Below are positions 27,795-39,100 of a stretch of DNA of 64,000 nt, one piece after another. This DNA is from Rhopilema esculentum (Eukaryota), in assembly GCF_013076305.1 (NCBI RefSeq), contig NW_027019640.1:4938378-5002377 (forward strand). Reading direction: 5' to 3'. The notes under the pieces are model-generated. The model was not told where the DNA came from and did not search any database. It was given only the letters and a program-made list of their open reading frames with translations. How positions within the stretch are numbered: the stretch's first letter is position 1; each line of letters opens with the position of its first letter. The translations under genes and the position numbers were made by a program.

Positions 27795-27914
27795 CTTTTG
27801 CAGGTTTCCATGACAACTATTGGATACGGCGATATCTATCCCCGCACTGTAACATCCAAAGTTCTTCTCTGTATCTTCGGCGTTGTTGGCACAGGGTTTA
27901 TTGCATTGCCAGCG
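27795..27914 (+). CDS. KCNQ: KCNQ exon (pore helix, selectivity filter TIGYGD, S6 start)
   Basis: VSMTTIGYGDIYPRTVTSKVLLCIFGVVGTGFIALPA resembles [37 protein letters not shown]. Confidence 0.85.
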
Positions 27915-29370
27915 GTATGCATGTTTTAAATATTGTTTTTTCATTCATTTACCCTGATAAATTGGGCTTAGATAATGCATCAAAACCATATGTTTGTGAC
28001 ATGAGGCAGTCCGGCAATTTCTCCCCCATGGCATCCTCCTGTTCGAGATAATGTATGTAAGTGGTCGCGGAATGGGTGCTTGTATATACATAGTCAGATA
28101 GGCAAAAATTGCAAAGCCTTAGTTGGATAAGAATAACTTTCTTCAACACGCAACAAAGCCAGTGTCTAATGGTTAGATTTCTGTTTCATTTAGCTGACAA
28201 TTTTTGACTGACAATTGCAAGCAATGAAAAAAATTGCAGATTACAATAGTTAAAGACACGATGCGTGTACAAGATTGACACACAAGGACTTTCCACGCCC
28301 CCCCCCCTTATCTTTTTTAAAAAGGACAGGGTAGGATCTATCAGCTCATGAACCGCGCTGCCAACTACTGTCATTCAAAACTTTTATTTTGTGGCCTTAA
28401 AATGTGTATAGTTGTTGAAAGATCAATGTTGAAATTTGCATGTGTTAAAGGAGTCGCTTCAAGTTTGCTCCACGCACAGTGTACCCTGGATACCAGAGCA
28501 ACATAAATTCGAGCGCGGAAAGAGAAGATAGAAGTGGAGGAGGGTCTAGCTGAGAAGATGGGAAAGTTTTGCTCCTCCGCTTCTCTGCTTGGTTTTCCAT
28601 TTCCGCGCTTGAAGCTATGTGGCTCGGGTATCCAAGGTGTTGTATTTTATATGTTGGCTCATTTTGTAAGATTTTTTCCCACTTCACTAGGGTAGAATAG
28701 AATTCTGGTGATGTCATGGCTTGTATCATTTTGCTATAAAAATGGGATGTTCCATTGTTTCATTATGTCCCAATTATGATGAAAGGATAAAAGATTTTAC
28801 CATAATAGCTTCAGCGATCGGCTGCAAAATACTTCTCTTTAGGTGTTTTCAGATTTTGTCAAGCTCTGTGAAAGCAATTTGTAAATTTGCACATCTTGTC
28901 AGCAGAAAAATGAGTATCAAGCTATGTTGACCTTTATTTGGTCTTAATGCGTTTTTATTTCTTTGCAATATTTGAAAGTGTGAATAAAGAAAAGGTCACG
29001 ATAGCAGGCTGCTCCACGGACTCCGAAGGTGTTATTGCGGTGAAAAATGTAGCAAATAAGAAACACCGCAGTGCGAAGAGAATGGACAACACCCTTTGCT
29101 CTGATGAAGCCCCGTATTCCGGGGCGAAATATTAGCTTTCACTGATTTACGTGTATTTGTTGTTGTTCATTCTCTTCGTATCGCGGTGTTTCTTAGTTGC
29201 TACAATATTTGAAAGTTGTTGCATTTAATTTGCAATCTAAAAATCATCAGCTTAACGATTTCATAAAATGCCTTTACCTGAATATGCATGTGTGTAATGG
29301 TGTAATTTCTCAAACTGGCAAACATTCTTTTGCTAATGAAAATGTCACCTTATTTTTTTTCGTGCTTAAG

Positions 29371-29466
29371 GGAATCATTGGCTCGGGGTTTGCTTTGCAA
29401 GTTATCGAGCAGAAGAAAAAGCAACATAACAGGAAGCGACGACGACCGGCAGCAATGTTGATTCAG
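29371..29466 (+). CDS. KCNQ: KCNQ exon (S6 end and start of helix A / IQ motif)
   Basis: GIIGSGFALQVIEQKKKQHNRKRRRPAAMLIQ resembles [32 protein letters not shown]. Confidence 0.85.
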
Positions 29467-29952
29467 GTAGGCATGTTGTAGCGTGAATTCATTTTCCTTA
29501 TTCTAGTTCTATTCGTGTTGTAATGATCAGGGCCGCCGAGAGGTTTCGGAGGCCCTAGGGCGAAACTGAAAGACGAGGCTCTCTGCAAGCGTACCGAGCA
29601 AAAAAATTATGGGACCACGCCCTTTAGGTTAGCTTTAAAATATCTAGGTTAGCAGTCGAGCTATCCAATAAAACTGCTCTTTCGCTTGCTACCTTACTTA
29701 TGTTGGAATTCTGAGTCTCTTTCCCTTTTTTATTTAGAAATGTTTTATTTGAAATACAATCTTCCAGTTTATCTAATCGATAAACCTTGTTAATTTATAG
29801 TAAGAATGAATTGAAATTTAGATGAATGATGTGGTTTGGGAGACCTAAATGAGAAAGAGGAAATGAATATTTAAAATGAATTCATACTTTTCTCGATGAC
29901 TGATATTTTGGCGGATATAAATCAATTTAACAAGCCTTTGAATTTTCTGTAG

Positions 29953-30112
29953 GCAGCCTGGAAGGTCTGGGCATCCGACCTGAAAAAGAATTTTACTGCG
30001 ACGTGGCTGCCACATACAAAAGTTGTCAAATCGTTCAAGGATAGTGAACTACAGGCTTTGTTTTCCAATCCTACCGAATCATTTATCAATTTACCTGGAA
30101 CCAGTCTGAGAT
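29953..30112 (+). CDS. KCNQ: KCNQ exon (helix A continuation)
   Basis: AAWKVWASDLKKNFTATWLPHTKVVKSFKDSELQALFSNPTESFINLPGTSLR resembles [22 protein letters not shown]...; donor GTAAGT at 30113. Confidence 0.75.
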
Positions 30113-30360
30113 GTAAGTGCCTTTCATGTCATCTATTTGTATCATTCTATTGCGATGCTAAATATTTCTATAATGATTCTATTTTTGTTCATTTTATACG
30201 ACCTTATGTAAGAGATGAATTTCAGGACTTCAAAACCAGTTGGGTAATAACAACCTGAAAGATAGGAATAATGTTTTCATCTAAGTTTGAATTCAAAAGT
30301 TAAAAGGTTTAAATGCGGTTTATTTCAACTGCAAAATTTGTAAGGGCTTTTATTTTGCAG

Positions 30361-30463
30361 ACAAATCTGGTACAAGTATCAGCTCAAAGGGTTCCAACGT
30401 AGAAGGAACGGAAGAGAGCACACTTTCAGCAAAAGTTGAAGGGGCGTATTTGGTGTACAAAGA
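30361..30463 (+). CDS. KCNQ: KCNQ exon (variable linker)
   Basis: (Y)KSGTSISSKGSNVEGTEESTLSAKVEGAYLVYK. Strong acceptor ttttattttgcag and donor GTAAGT. The phase links exon 29953–30112 (phase 1 out) to exon 30819 (phase 2 in). No sequence homology is expected in this linker. Confidence 0.55.
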
Positions 30464-30818
30464 GTAAGTGATTTGCTTGGTTTTGCTTTGGCTCTGAAAT
30501 CCACCAGCTGAACAGGTGGATAGAGAGTATTTGATGCAGATTTTTGCTTTGACACTGAAATTATATTGTAGTGTTGTGTTGTTGTATTTAGATTTTAAGC
30601 TAATTCTTTGTGAGCTGCAATTCTCGCCAAAATTTATTAGACTGGCAGGCAAATTGTAGCTTTTTTGAAACAATTCACTCCCCTCCCCCACAGGCAATTT
30701 TGATATGCTTATTTTGATTGTAGGTACTTTGTAACTTCCAAAAAACCAACATTCCTGCAGGGATGGGAGGTTTTGATACCATGATACCATATAAATTTTT
30801 CTGTCTTTATTTCCACAG

Positions 30819-30894
30819 CTTAACTAAAGGGCAGAAAATTGCTATTGGATTTATAAGGCATTTAAAGTTTATCGTAGCTTTGAAATATTTTCGA
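30819..30894 (+). CDS. KCNQ: KCNQ exon (helix B, calmodulin-binding)
   Basis: (D)LTKGQKIAIGFIRHLKFIVALKYFR resembles [26 protein letters not shown]. Confidence 0.75.
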
Positions 30895-31990
30895 GTAAGT
30901 ATATTCATTTCCTTACTTCTTTTAAAATTCATGTTGAGAGAAAAATTACAAACTTAGAAACTGAACATTCAAGTCATTTATAATTTGAGAATTAATTCAG
31001 ATTGCTGTGACATATCAGATCTAAATGAAAATGTTTAAGGATTTGGTTTTGGTCGTACTTTCGACAGCAATGACGGATATTATGAAAAAATAGGCTTAAA
31101 ATCACATGCATATATAAAATAGGTTTGAGAAGAGAGGTAAGAAAGAGAAGATGCAGTAGACTTGTATTTTGCTTAGAGTCATTGCCTCATCAAACAGCAG
31201 AAGAATTCCTGAAAATTGTTCATTGCTAGAATAGGACAACCTGGAATGTTCTATTCTAATAGTGGCAAAACCTTCATAGCTTGAACAAAATTACTAAACA
31301 ATACAGACAAAACATGATCCAAAAAAATAGCTAAATTATTGTTATTTTAATTAAACAACTCATTTTATGTATTGTTTAAAGAAAGAGGAGAGTTCTCAAA
31401 ACTTGCTGGCCAATCAGCGTATCGAATGGCAATTTAATCTGAGAAAAGGCACCTCAGTGGGGTGAGCGGATGGTTAGCTTTTTTAAATAATCTTTATACA
31501 AGACTTTGGGAAGAGCGTGCGAGAGGATTGAGCTAAAAGAAGTGATCATTGACATCAAACTTACCTTGAGTAGTGGACCCTTTACCTACGTCAAAGGCGA
31601 TGTACTATGGCCACAGTTTGTTTAAAGATATAACAAGATATAACAGACACAACAACAAAATAGAGGTTCAAGGAGCATCTAAATTTGTGCAAAGGCACTC
31701 GATGAATGAACCCATACCCATGTGTTATTCAAGAAATGAACCTAGCTGTTTAATGAAAAGCTCCAAGACTTAATGCACTTCATCAGATATATTTTGTTGC
31801 TGTTCAGTTGGATTATTTTGGTGTTTTTTACATAAAGGCATTTTCTGTTAGTGTTTACAGTTATGATTTTTTGCCAACATTTTTCATTAATCTTGTAACA
31901 GAATTCATGATTAATTACGAAAATGCAAAGTTTTGTTGTTAGTTGTCAACAATTTATCAATTTGCACATTGTTGTTATATTTTTTTATAG

Positions 31991-32085
31991 CGAACACGTA
32001 AGCCTTATGATGAAAAAGACATCATGGATCAGTTTGCAGGAGGTCAGGTCGAAATCTATGGCCAACTAAAATTAATTCAAAGACA
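31991..32085 (+). CDS. KCNQ: KCNQ exon (post-helix-B / helix C)
   Basis: RTRKPYDEKDIMDQFAGGQVEIYGQLKLIQR resembles [31 protein letters not shown]. Confidence 0.8.
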
Positions 32086-32371
32086 GTAAGAAAATGATTC
32101 TTTACTCTTTCTACCTTCGTTTTCGATTCATTCCAGTTCTGCTTGCAACTTATTTCAAGACTTTTTAGCGTTTCAATCTTTAAGTATGCTTTGACATGAA
32201 GTTTAAGTATTCTAAGCAACTAATTAGTATAAGTATAAGTATTCTTGTTGTTGATCCCAAGTGAAAGTCAAGGCTTGTCCGAACCATTAAAAAATTCTAT
32301 AAAGATTACTTCAGTGTTACTGAGTTATTGCAAACGATAATTTTCAGAAACATTTTCTTTAATTTCCGCAG

Positions 32372-32397
32372 AATTGACACCATGAATGAAAGAAGAG
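32372..32397 (+). CDS. KCNQ: KCNQ 26-nt micro-exon
   Basis: (Q)IDTMNERR resembles LDQSIGK. Acceptor tttccgcag, donor GTTAGT, and phases match both neighbours. Confidence 0.5.
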
Positions 32398-33205
32398 GTT
32401 AGTTGCTTTCGTTACCTTCTTCTGTCAAATATAAGTGACATTATGAAATACAATGCTGTCGATAGTGACTGTTTGTTCTTCTGACACTGTCTTGTTACAC
32501 TTTTTTCATATCGTGATTTTTTTATTGTAAGTCCTCGAATACGCCCCCCCCCCTTGAATAAGCCCCCAACCTAAAGTAATTTTTGTGAAATAAGCCCCCG
32601 CCTTCTAATACGGTACCGCTGAGGTATTGCCTCGACAGCAATACGTTTATCCAAATATACCTGCATTTTAAAGCATACTGACCATCCACAAAAAGAGCAA
32701 GATATTTTTCCTCATATTATTTTTGGTCGCTGCTAAATAAGCCCCAACTTAACGAGGACTTACGTTAATCAAATTATGATTCAAGATGACACACGAAAAT
32801 AATGTTATTGAAATAAACAAATTTGATATTAGAGCAAAGTGTGAATTCCAGACAATTGTCAACGGAGGTGTTTTCACTGAGAAAGTTATTGTACAACCAT
32901 TGCTCACTATTTATTCAAAGATTGATAAAGTCCTGCACCACATCCCGCACCATTTTATGTGGAATTTACCCCCCCCCCTGGGACACTAACTAACCCACCC
33001 AAGAATCATGGATCTGAAGCATATTAATGGATTTAGCAAATGGACTTGAATACAGCAATCTTTTGAGGAGAAAATGAAACGATGTATTTAATCATTTGGG
33101 CTGGAGTATGGAATCTTCGGTTCATCCTTTTGTCTTGCATTTTTGTGGATGTTGACATGCATCTATTTTTTGTACTAGTAAATATATTTTTTATTTTTAT
33201 TTTAG

Positions 33206-33243
33206 AGACACTGCAGTCAGAAATGCTCACAATGCAGGCACAG
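33206..33243 (+). CDS. KCNQ: KCNQ exon (helix D coiled coil)
   Basis: (E)TLQSEMLTMQAQ; acceptor ttattttag; donor GTAATA; heptad-like leucine/methionine pattern, as in the KCNQ tetramerisation coil. Confidence 0.5.
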
Positions 33244-34256
33244 GTAATAAGGGTTCCATTTTGTTTAGTTGTTTAGTTGAAAAAAACATAACAGTTAAAT
33301 TGATGACTTGATTATCGATCGGAAATGACATGGCCGATCGATGTGCAAAGAAGTATGACTTTTTGCATATACCGGTATTCACTTTTTGTATATACATTCT
33401 GTTTAAAATATTGCAAGTTCACTCTGATCTAAATGCTTTATTTTTTTTAAAAATGACACTGTTGCATGGTGTTGTTTTACAAATAGGATGGTTTTGGGAA
33501 AATCTGTGTGGTCTTAAAAGTTTTCTCCGTTCTCTCCTATTTTTCAATGGCTGACGCAGCTCCTGCGTGCATTTCAATTAAGACGACATGTTTTATTCAA
33601 ATGCCTATTTGAAAAGTTAGGGGAATAATTAGTGATGAAGAACCTCAGCATCTTGTCTTCAAATGTAAGAGAGAAGAGCCATCTTAACACTGCTGCCTTG
33701 TCTAGTGACTGCGGTATCAAAGAAACTGGATTTTCGGTCTTCTATCTGTCACTATCTCTTTGCAGAGGGTAGTTTTTTGGACAATGAGAAGCTATGTATG
33801 CTTGTCAGGCAGTCTCGTGGTCCTGCATTTCAATGCGACCACAATTGCTGAGTCCCACACCTGGTATTACATAAAGATGGCGTCCCTCGTCAATCAAAGT
33901 GTAATTTTTTTCATGACAGGGATTTGAACCAAACAGACCCTTGAATTTGCAATCCGCAACCCTAACCACTGACCATCATTACACCAAAATCGATCCACTT
34001 TTATGGATGATAAAGTTTTTCTATGTTTTCATGCTTATCACTGGTTATAGCTTAGATACCCTGCTTATTTTCAAAATATTAGAAAATGGCAAAAGCTTGC
34101 ACGATCGATTTATAGCCTCTCGACATCCGGTGACGATTTTTTTCAAAATTATCCTGCATTTGAAACCCAAAGATTGTTATGCATTTATTACGAAGAAATT
34201 ATCGTGAAAGAATAATCTTGTGATCAATTTTTTTGAAAATTTATGTATTCTTACAG

Positions 34257-34365
34257 ATTGCATCCATATCTATGAGACAAGAGGAAATGCTTTCTTTAGT
34301 CAAAGGTATATCAGAATCAATTAAATCATACGAAGAGGGAAGTGAAGGCTCTCACTCGAATTAAG
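34257..34365 (+). CDS. KCNQ: KCNQ terminal coding segment. Either an exon 34257–34305 (donor GTATAT) or read-through to TAA at 34363–34365.
   Basis: IASISMRQEEMLSLVK(GISESIKSYEEGSEGSHSN*). Acceptor ttcttacag; phase 0 from the previous exon. An AATAAA lies at 34813–34818. Confidence 0.45.
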
Positions 34366-35499
34366 AGCAACTGGTGTATATACTTACAAGGCAAAGACGC
34401 CGGTAGACGCCTGTTTCAGTCCATGAACACAACATGCACTGGAAGTGCCAAAATTTACAGAGTTATTTCGCAGATGTGCTGCTTCTAAGATGCCCTGGAG
34501 CAGGAGACGAGTTCTGGATGATTAAAACCTTCCTACAGGAACAAGAATATCGAAATCTGAATGACCTTTTTAGTTTCTCAAATGCTCCAATGATCGTAAG
34601 AAGAACCAGGACTTTATTGTAAATCTTATTATTTTAGAACAATTTCTATTTCTTTTTTCAAGAAAGCAATTCAACATGAATGATTTATCTTTTGGGAGAC
34701 TGGAAATACTGCAAAAATATTGAGGAATGGTTTCACCATATTCTATCTTACTGTCACCTGGCTTTACTCTTGCTCTTTTTAAAATCACGTTTTTCTGCTA
34801 AATTTCAATGAAAATAAAGTGAGATTATAGATACTAGGTTAAAGGTGTGAAAATTTTAGTAAAAAAAGGGGAATTCTTTAGCTGCATGCACGGTGCCACT
34901 TTTCTTGCGATAATTTTGCACCATGTATCACGTCATTCTAGTTGCACATTGCAGTTTCTAGCTTCTAATAAAAACAACGGTTGCAGGCTTGATCGCGGCC
35001 ATTGTACCTTGTAACTGTGCTGGAATCTTTGGTTTGGCTCCAATGTGTAGTATAAAAAATTATCCCCTGTCTCCAACAGCTTCTCCGCGTCTATCTTTGC
35101 AAGTTGCAGAGGTCGTTGCTCGTTGCTGCGTGTAACACGCTGGGTGAAAGTGCTTTTAACCCCCTTCAGTTATAATTCTGAGACCGGTTGTCAAAAGAAT
35201 TTAACCGTGTATCACTAGCTTTAGATCAAGTTAAATGAAAAGTAACATAGATGGTATGAAAATATTTTGTTAATTATTAATTGATGCAAACCGTATACAA
35301 TGTCGTATACAATGTCAAAGAGTTTAGCAACGCAACTTTGGATCCAAGGTCCATCCTCTTCTGTTGGGTTGTATACTGTTGTAAAAATTATTAGACGATT
35401 TGAGATCGTATTCGAATTGGATTAAATTCATTTGAAACACGCGATAATGCGATTATTCGATACGAGATGTTGATTCGACGCAGGCGTTGGCGTTCGAAA

Positions 35500-35706
35500 A
35501 CAGCGAGCATTCTTCTGCTGATAGCATAAGATCTGCGCATGTGCGCATGTCATTCAACCTACCACGAACAGAAAGAGGTTACTAAGAAGAGTTACACAGA
35601 ACCCAAAATTAGAAAACCCAAATATTGGGGTGGGAATGGACAAAGAAAGCACTCTTTCCTCTCTTGTCTCACCAAGCAAATGCGAATGTCTCACCTAAAA
35701 ACACGG
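35500..35706. repeat. Older dispersed repeat, left part, interrupted by the LTR-retrotransposon insertion. It continues at 42026–~42250.
   Basis: ...caacctaccacgaacagaaagaggttactaagaagagttacacagaaccc...attggggtgggaatggacaaagaaagcactctttcc... aligns with 55900–56040. The right flank 42026–42250 (gcctaagggtatgaagagttttcacaaac...aaaagcccctcgaaatttt) aligns with 56040–56280. Confidence 0.5.
35703..35706. other. Target-site duplication ACGG, left copy; right copy at 42026–42029
   Basis: acgg directly precedes the left LTR TG and directly follows the right LTR CA. Confidence 0.5.
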
Positions 35707-36136
35707 TGTGGGGAATCTCGTAAGGTCGTAGTTAAGGCCCTGTTACCTGAATCAAATTCCCAGTGACACTAAAGAAAACTCACTTTCGTTGGTTATGATG
35801 ATTATTATGCTCACAGAATGACATTCTTACGTGAGGCAACCTCAAACCCTCTCTAACTTTTACTGATAGTTGCGCTCAATTTATACAATTTTCTAAATAG
35901 CCCTGGTCATGGAAACCAGGTCAAAACAAAACCAAACATTACGTAATTTTCTAAAGCTAAAATAGATCTAAGTACAAATCAAAACAAAGCAATCGATATT
36001 GCGTCAGACAAGCAATTTGTAGCGTTGGTTGCAAAACAAAGAAACCACGGTTGACGACAGCGTGCGTTAAGTCTAATACTGTCCCTGACGAAATATATCG
36101 TTTTAAGCGATTACCTAACTTTTAAGATTTACCACA
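35707..36136 (-). repeat. 3' LTR in element orientation (430 bp)
   Basis: Direct repeat of 41598–42025; bounded by flank ...aaaacacgg|TGTGGGG and ...TTACCACA|ccctccccc (PPT side). Confidence 0.85.
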
Positions 36137-36149
36137 CCCTCCCCCTATT
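36137..36149 (-). other. Polypurine tract AATAGGGGGAGGG immediately upstream of the 3' LTR
   Basis: Plus strand ccctccccctatt directly abuts the LTR terminus ACCACA at 36136. Confidence 0.55.
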
Positions 36150-36166
36150 AAAATGTGACTACAGTT

Positions 36167-39100
36167 TTAATATCCATCTTCTAAGTCTTCCTGGTCTTCG
36201 TGAATCTTGACAGCAGCCATTTGATTTTTCGCATCATTTCTTGCCTTTCTTGGTAAACTCTCCCTTGGTCTGAACTCTTGAGCCTTCGGATTCAACTGGA
36301 CATCAACGGCACAGTTTTCTCCCCCAACTTCTAAATCGCAAATAAGTTGGAGCGGTCGCTCAACGATGTAACCGTTGCCTAACTTGATCTTTAATCCCCG
36401 TACGACACCATCCCTGCCGATAATTTTTCCAGCAACTCTTCCAATTCTCCACTGGGCTCTGTTTTTTGTGTCTTCTTTCAACAACACTACTTTGCCATTA
36501 TTCGGGATTTCAACGTGACTTCCATTTTGTTTGAGCTTTCTTTCCTCCAGCGCGTACAAGTATTCTCCCAACCACCTCTTTCGTAGCTGCTCCTTGCTTT
36601 TGGCCAGAAATACCATCCTTTTGGGAAGCGTTTCCTCGTCCCCTATTTTGTGCAGATCCTCTTGTAGCATATGTGCTGGTTGCCCTCTGATCAGTATGTT
36701 TGGCGTGATGACTGGGGTCTCGAACTCTTCGCCTTGGTAGCTCAGGGGGCGATTGTTCATTACGCATTCTATGTCCAAAAGTGCTTCTTCCAACTCTGCA
36801 AATTTGAGTATACTTCTACCAATAACCTTTGCGAGACTTCTTTTCATTGTGCCAATCAGCCGCTCAAAAAATCCTCCCCACCATGGGGCTCGTGAGAGGT
36901 TGAACCTCCATTTGATTTTGTCAGTTGCTAAGTAGTTCATCAACTCCTCATTCTTCTTGAGCCTGCTCAGCCACTTCTTGGTTGCAATGAAAGTCTTGCC
37001 ATTATCGCTAACCATTAGTTTTGGTGTGCCTCTTCTTGCGATGAATTCCTTCATTGCTCGCTGGAATTCTTCCGCCGTCAGGTCTCTGCATAATTTTAAA
37101 TGCACGGCTCTGGTTGTGGCGCACGTAAACAAGGCAATGTAAGCCTTCCCAACTGTCTTCTTGCTCACTCGGTACGTGATTGGTCCTGCAAAGTCAACGC
37201 CAGTGCACGCAAATGGATCTGTCATTTGTGACCTGAAACTTGGTAGCTGTGAGTTTGAAGGTGCTGCCAATCCCTGCACTCGAAACCTCTTGCACTTGTC
37301 ACAGTTGTGAATGACCTTTTTCACCAATGTGCGGAGTTTAGGTACCCAAAACCTTTCCCGTATGCAACTCATTGTCACAGATACTCCCCCATGCAACATT
37401 CTTCTATGGCATTGCTCAATTAGTCGTTCCACATAAGTGTTACTTCGTGGCAGAAATATCGGATTGTAGTCAGGCACTCTTCCATGGCATCTCCATATCC
37501 CTAGTGGATCCTTTTTCAGTGGGACATCAGGCCTTATCTCCTTAGCTTGCTGCACCTCCCTGATCCAAAACATCTCTGCTGATTCTATCTCTTCTGCTGT
37601 CAGCATCCCAGTCTGCTTCTCCTGTCTGCGACAGTTGGTTACAAATCGAAGTACCAGTGCTGTTATTCGCAATGTTTTCCAAAGTGTATGCTTTTCTAGA
37701 AGATCTTTTACAGCATTTGTAACAACCTTTTCTTCTTTGGCAAGCATTAGTCGTTCCTTTTTTGGCAACTTTTCAGCTTCTGTTTCTTTACTTTCCCCAA
37801 TTTCTGGTTGAACCGGCCAATCTTCTTTGCTTGATAGCCACTGTGGTCCATGAAACCAAAATGATTCCATTTGTGTTGGCTCAACTCCTCTGCTCCCCAA
37901 GTCGCTTGGGTTCTCACCAGTTGGTACATAGTGCCACTCCTCAATGTCGCTGTCGTTGATGGCCTTGACTCTATTGCGCACAAACTGGCGCCAAGTGCCC
38001 TTTCCTTTCAGCCAGTGCAGTACCGTAGTGCTATCAACCCATCCATGAATCTCTTCGATTTGGTAATCTTCCAGTGCCTTCTTCACACAGGCGACCAGTT
38101 TGCTCAGCGTATGAGCTGCTATAAGCTCTAGTCGTGGGATGGATTTCTCTGGTGCAACCCTTGCTTTTGCAGTGAGCAGGTGCTGGCTTGGTTCTTGATC
38201 GTTGTAATATGCAACCACGTAAACACATGCTGCCACAGCCATTTTACTCGCATCTGCAAAACCATGTAATGTGATGTACGCTACTTTTCCTTGAATGACA
38301 CTTCTAGAGACACTCAGCGATGGCCGCTTGATCAGTTTCTTGATCCAATTCTTCCACAAAGCTGCTACTTTACTCTTTATTTCTTCATCCCATGCCAACT
38401 TCTCCTTGCAAACTTGACTATACAGTAACTTGGCGGTTATAATGACTGCTGAAGCAAGTCCTAACGGGTCGAACACACCATTAATCACTGACAGCATCTT
38501 CCTTTTTGTTAACACACCATCATTTCCCGTCTCTGCACATCTTGACAGGCTAATTGTTAACTCGTCGTTTTTCTTGTTCCATGGAATTCCCAAGATCTTC
38601 GTCTCACATGATTTTGTACCAACTTCTGTCTTTGCATACGTTGTTGAATCTTCTTCTACTGACGTAGACACATTCTTCTCTGGTGTTGGGACTTCTGCTT
38701 CTGGAACATTGCTGTGCCATTTGTGTAGGTCAAATCCACCTTCCTGTAAAATCTGCGTTGCTTCTGCCTTGAACTTGAGCAGATCTTCTTCTTTATGACT
38801 TCCAAACTGTACGTCGTCCACGTAGGTATTCTTTAGCAAAGCCTCAACTGTTTCCGGGAACCTTTTTGTATACTGGCTGAGGTGGTTTTCCAGTGTAGCT
38901 CCGAGGATATATGGGCTTGGTGCTGAGCCGAAGATGACCCTTGTGAATCTGTAAGCAATCATTTTGCGTTCTTCTAGGTTGTTATACCAAACTAAACGTT
39001 GTGAATCGCGGTCAGCAGGGTCCAACTTTATTTGAAGGAATGCCTTCTTGATGTCACCAGTGATGCAGAGAGGTAGCATTCGGTTTCTCAGCAATATATT

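Noticed and set aside
29520-29620. GC-rich segment with a GGGCC…GGCCC palindrome, considered as a small-RNA gene
   Set aside because: Only a 6-bp stem, with no A/B box, Sm site or other snRNA/tRNA signature.
30350-30790. 146-aa minus-strand ORF
   Set aside because: Antisense to KCNQ exon 30361–30463 and the adjacent intron; no motif.
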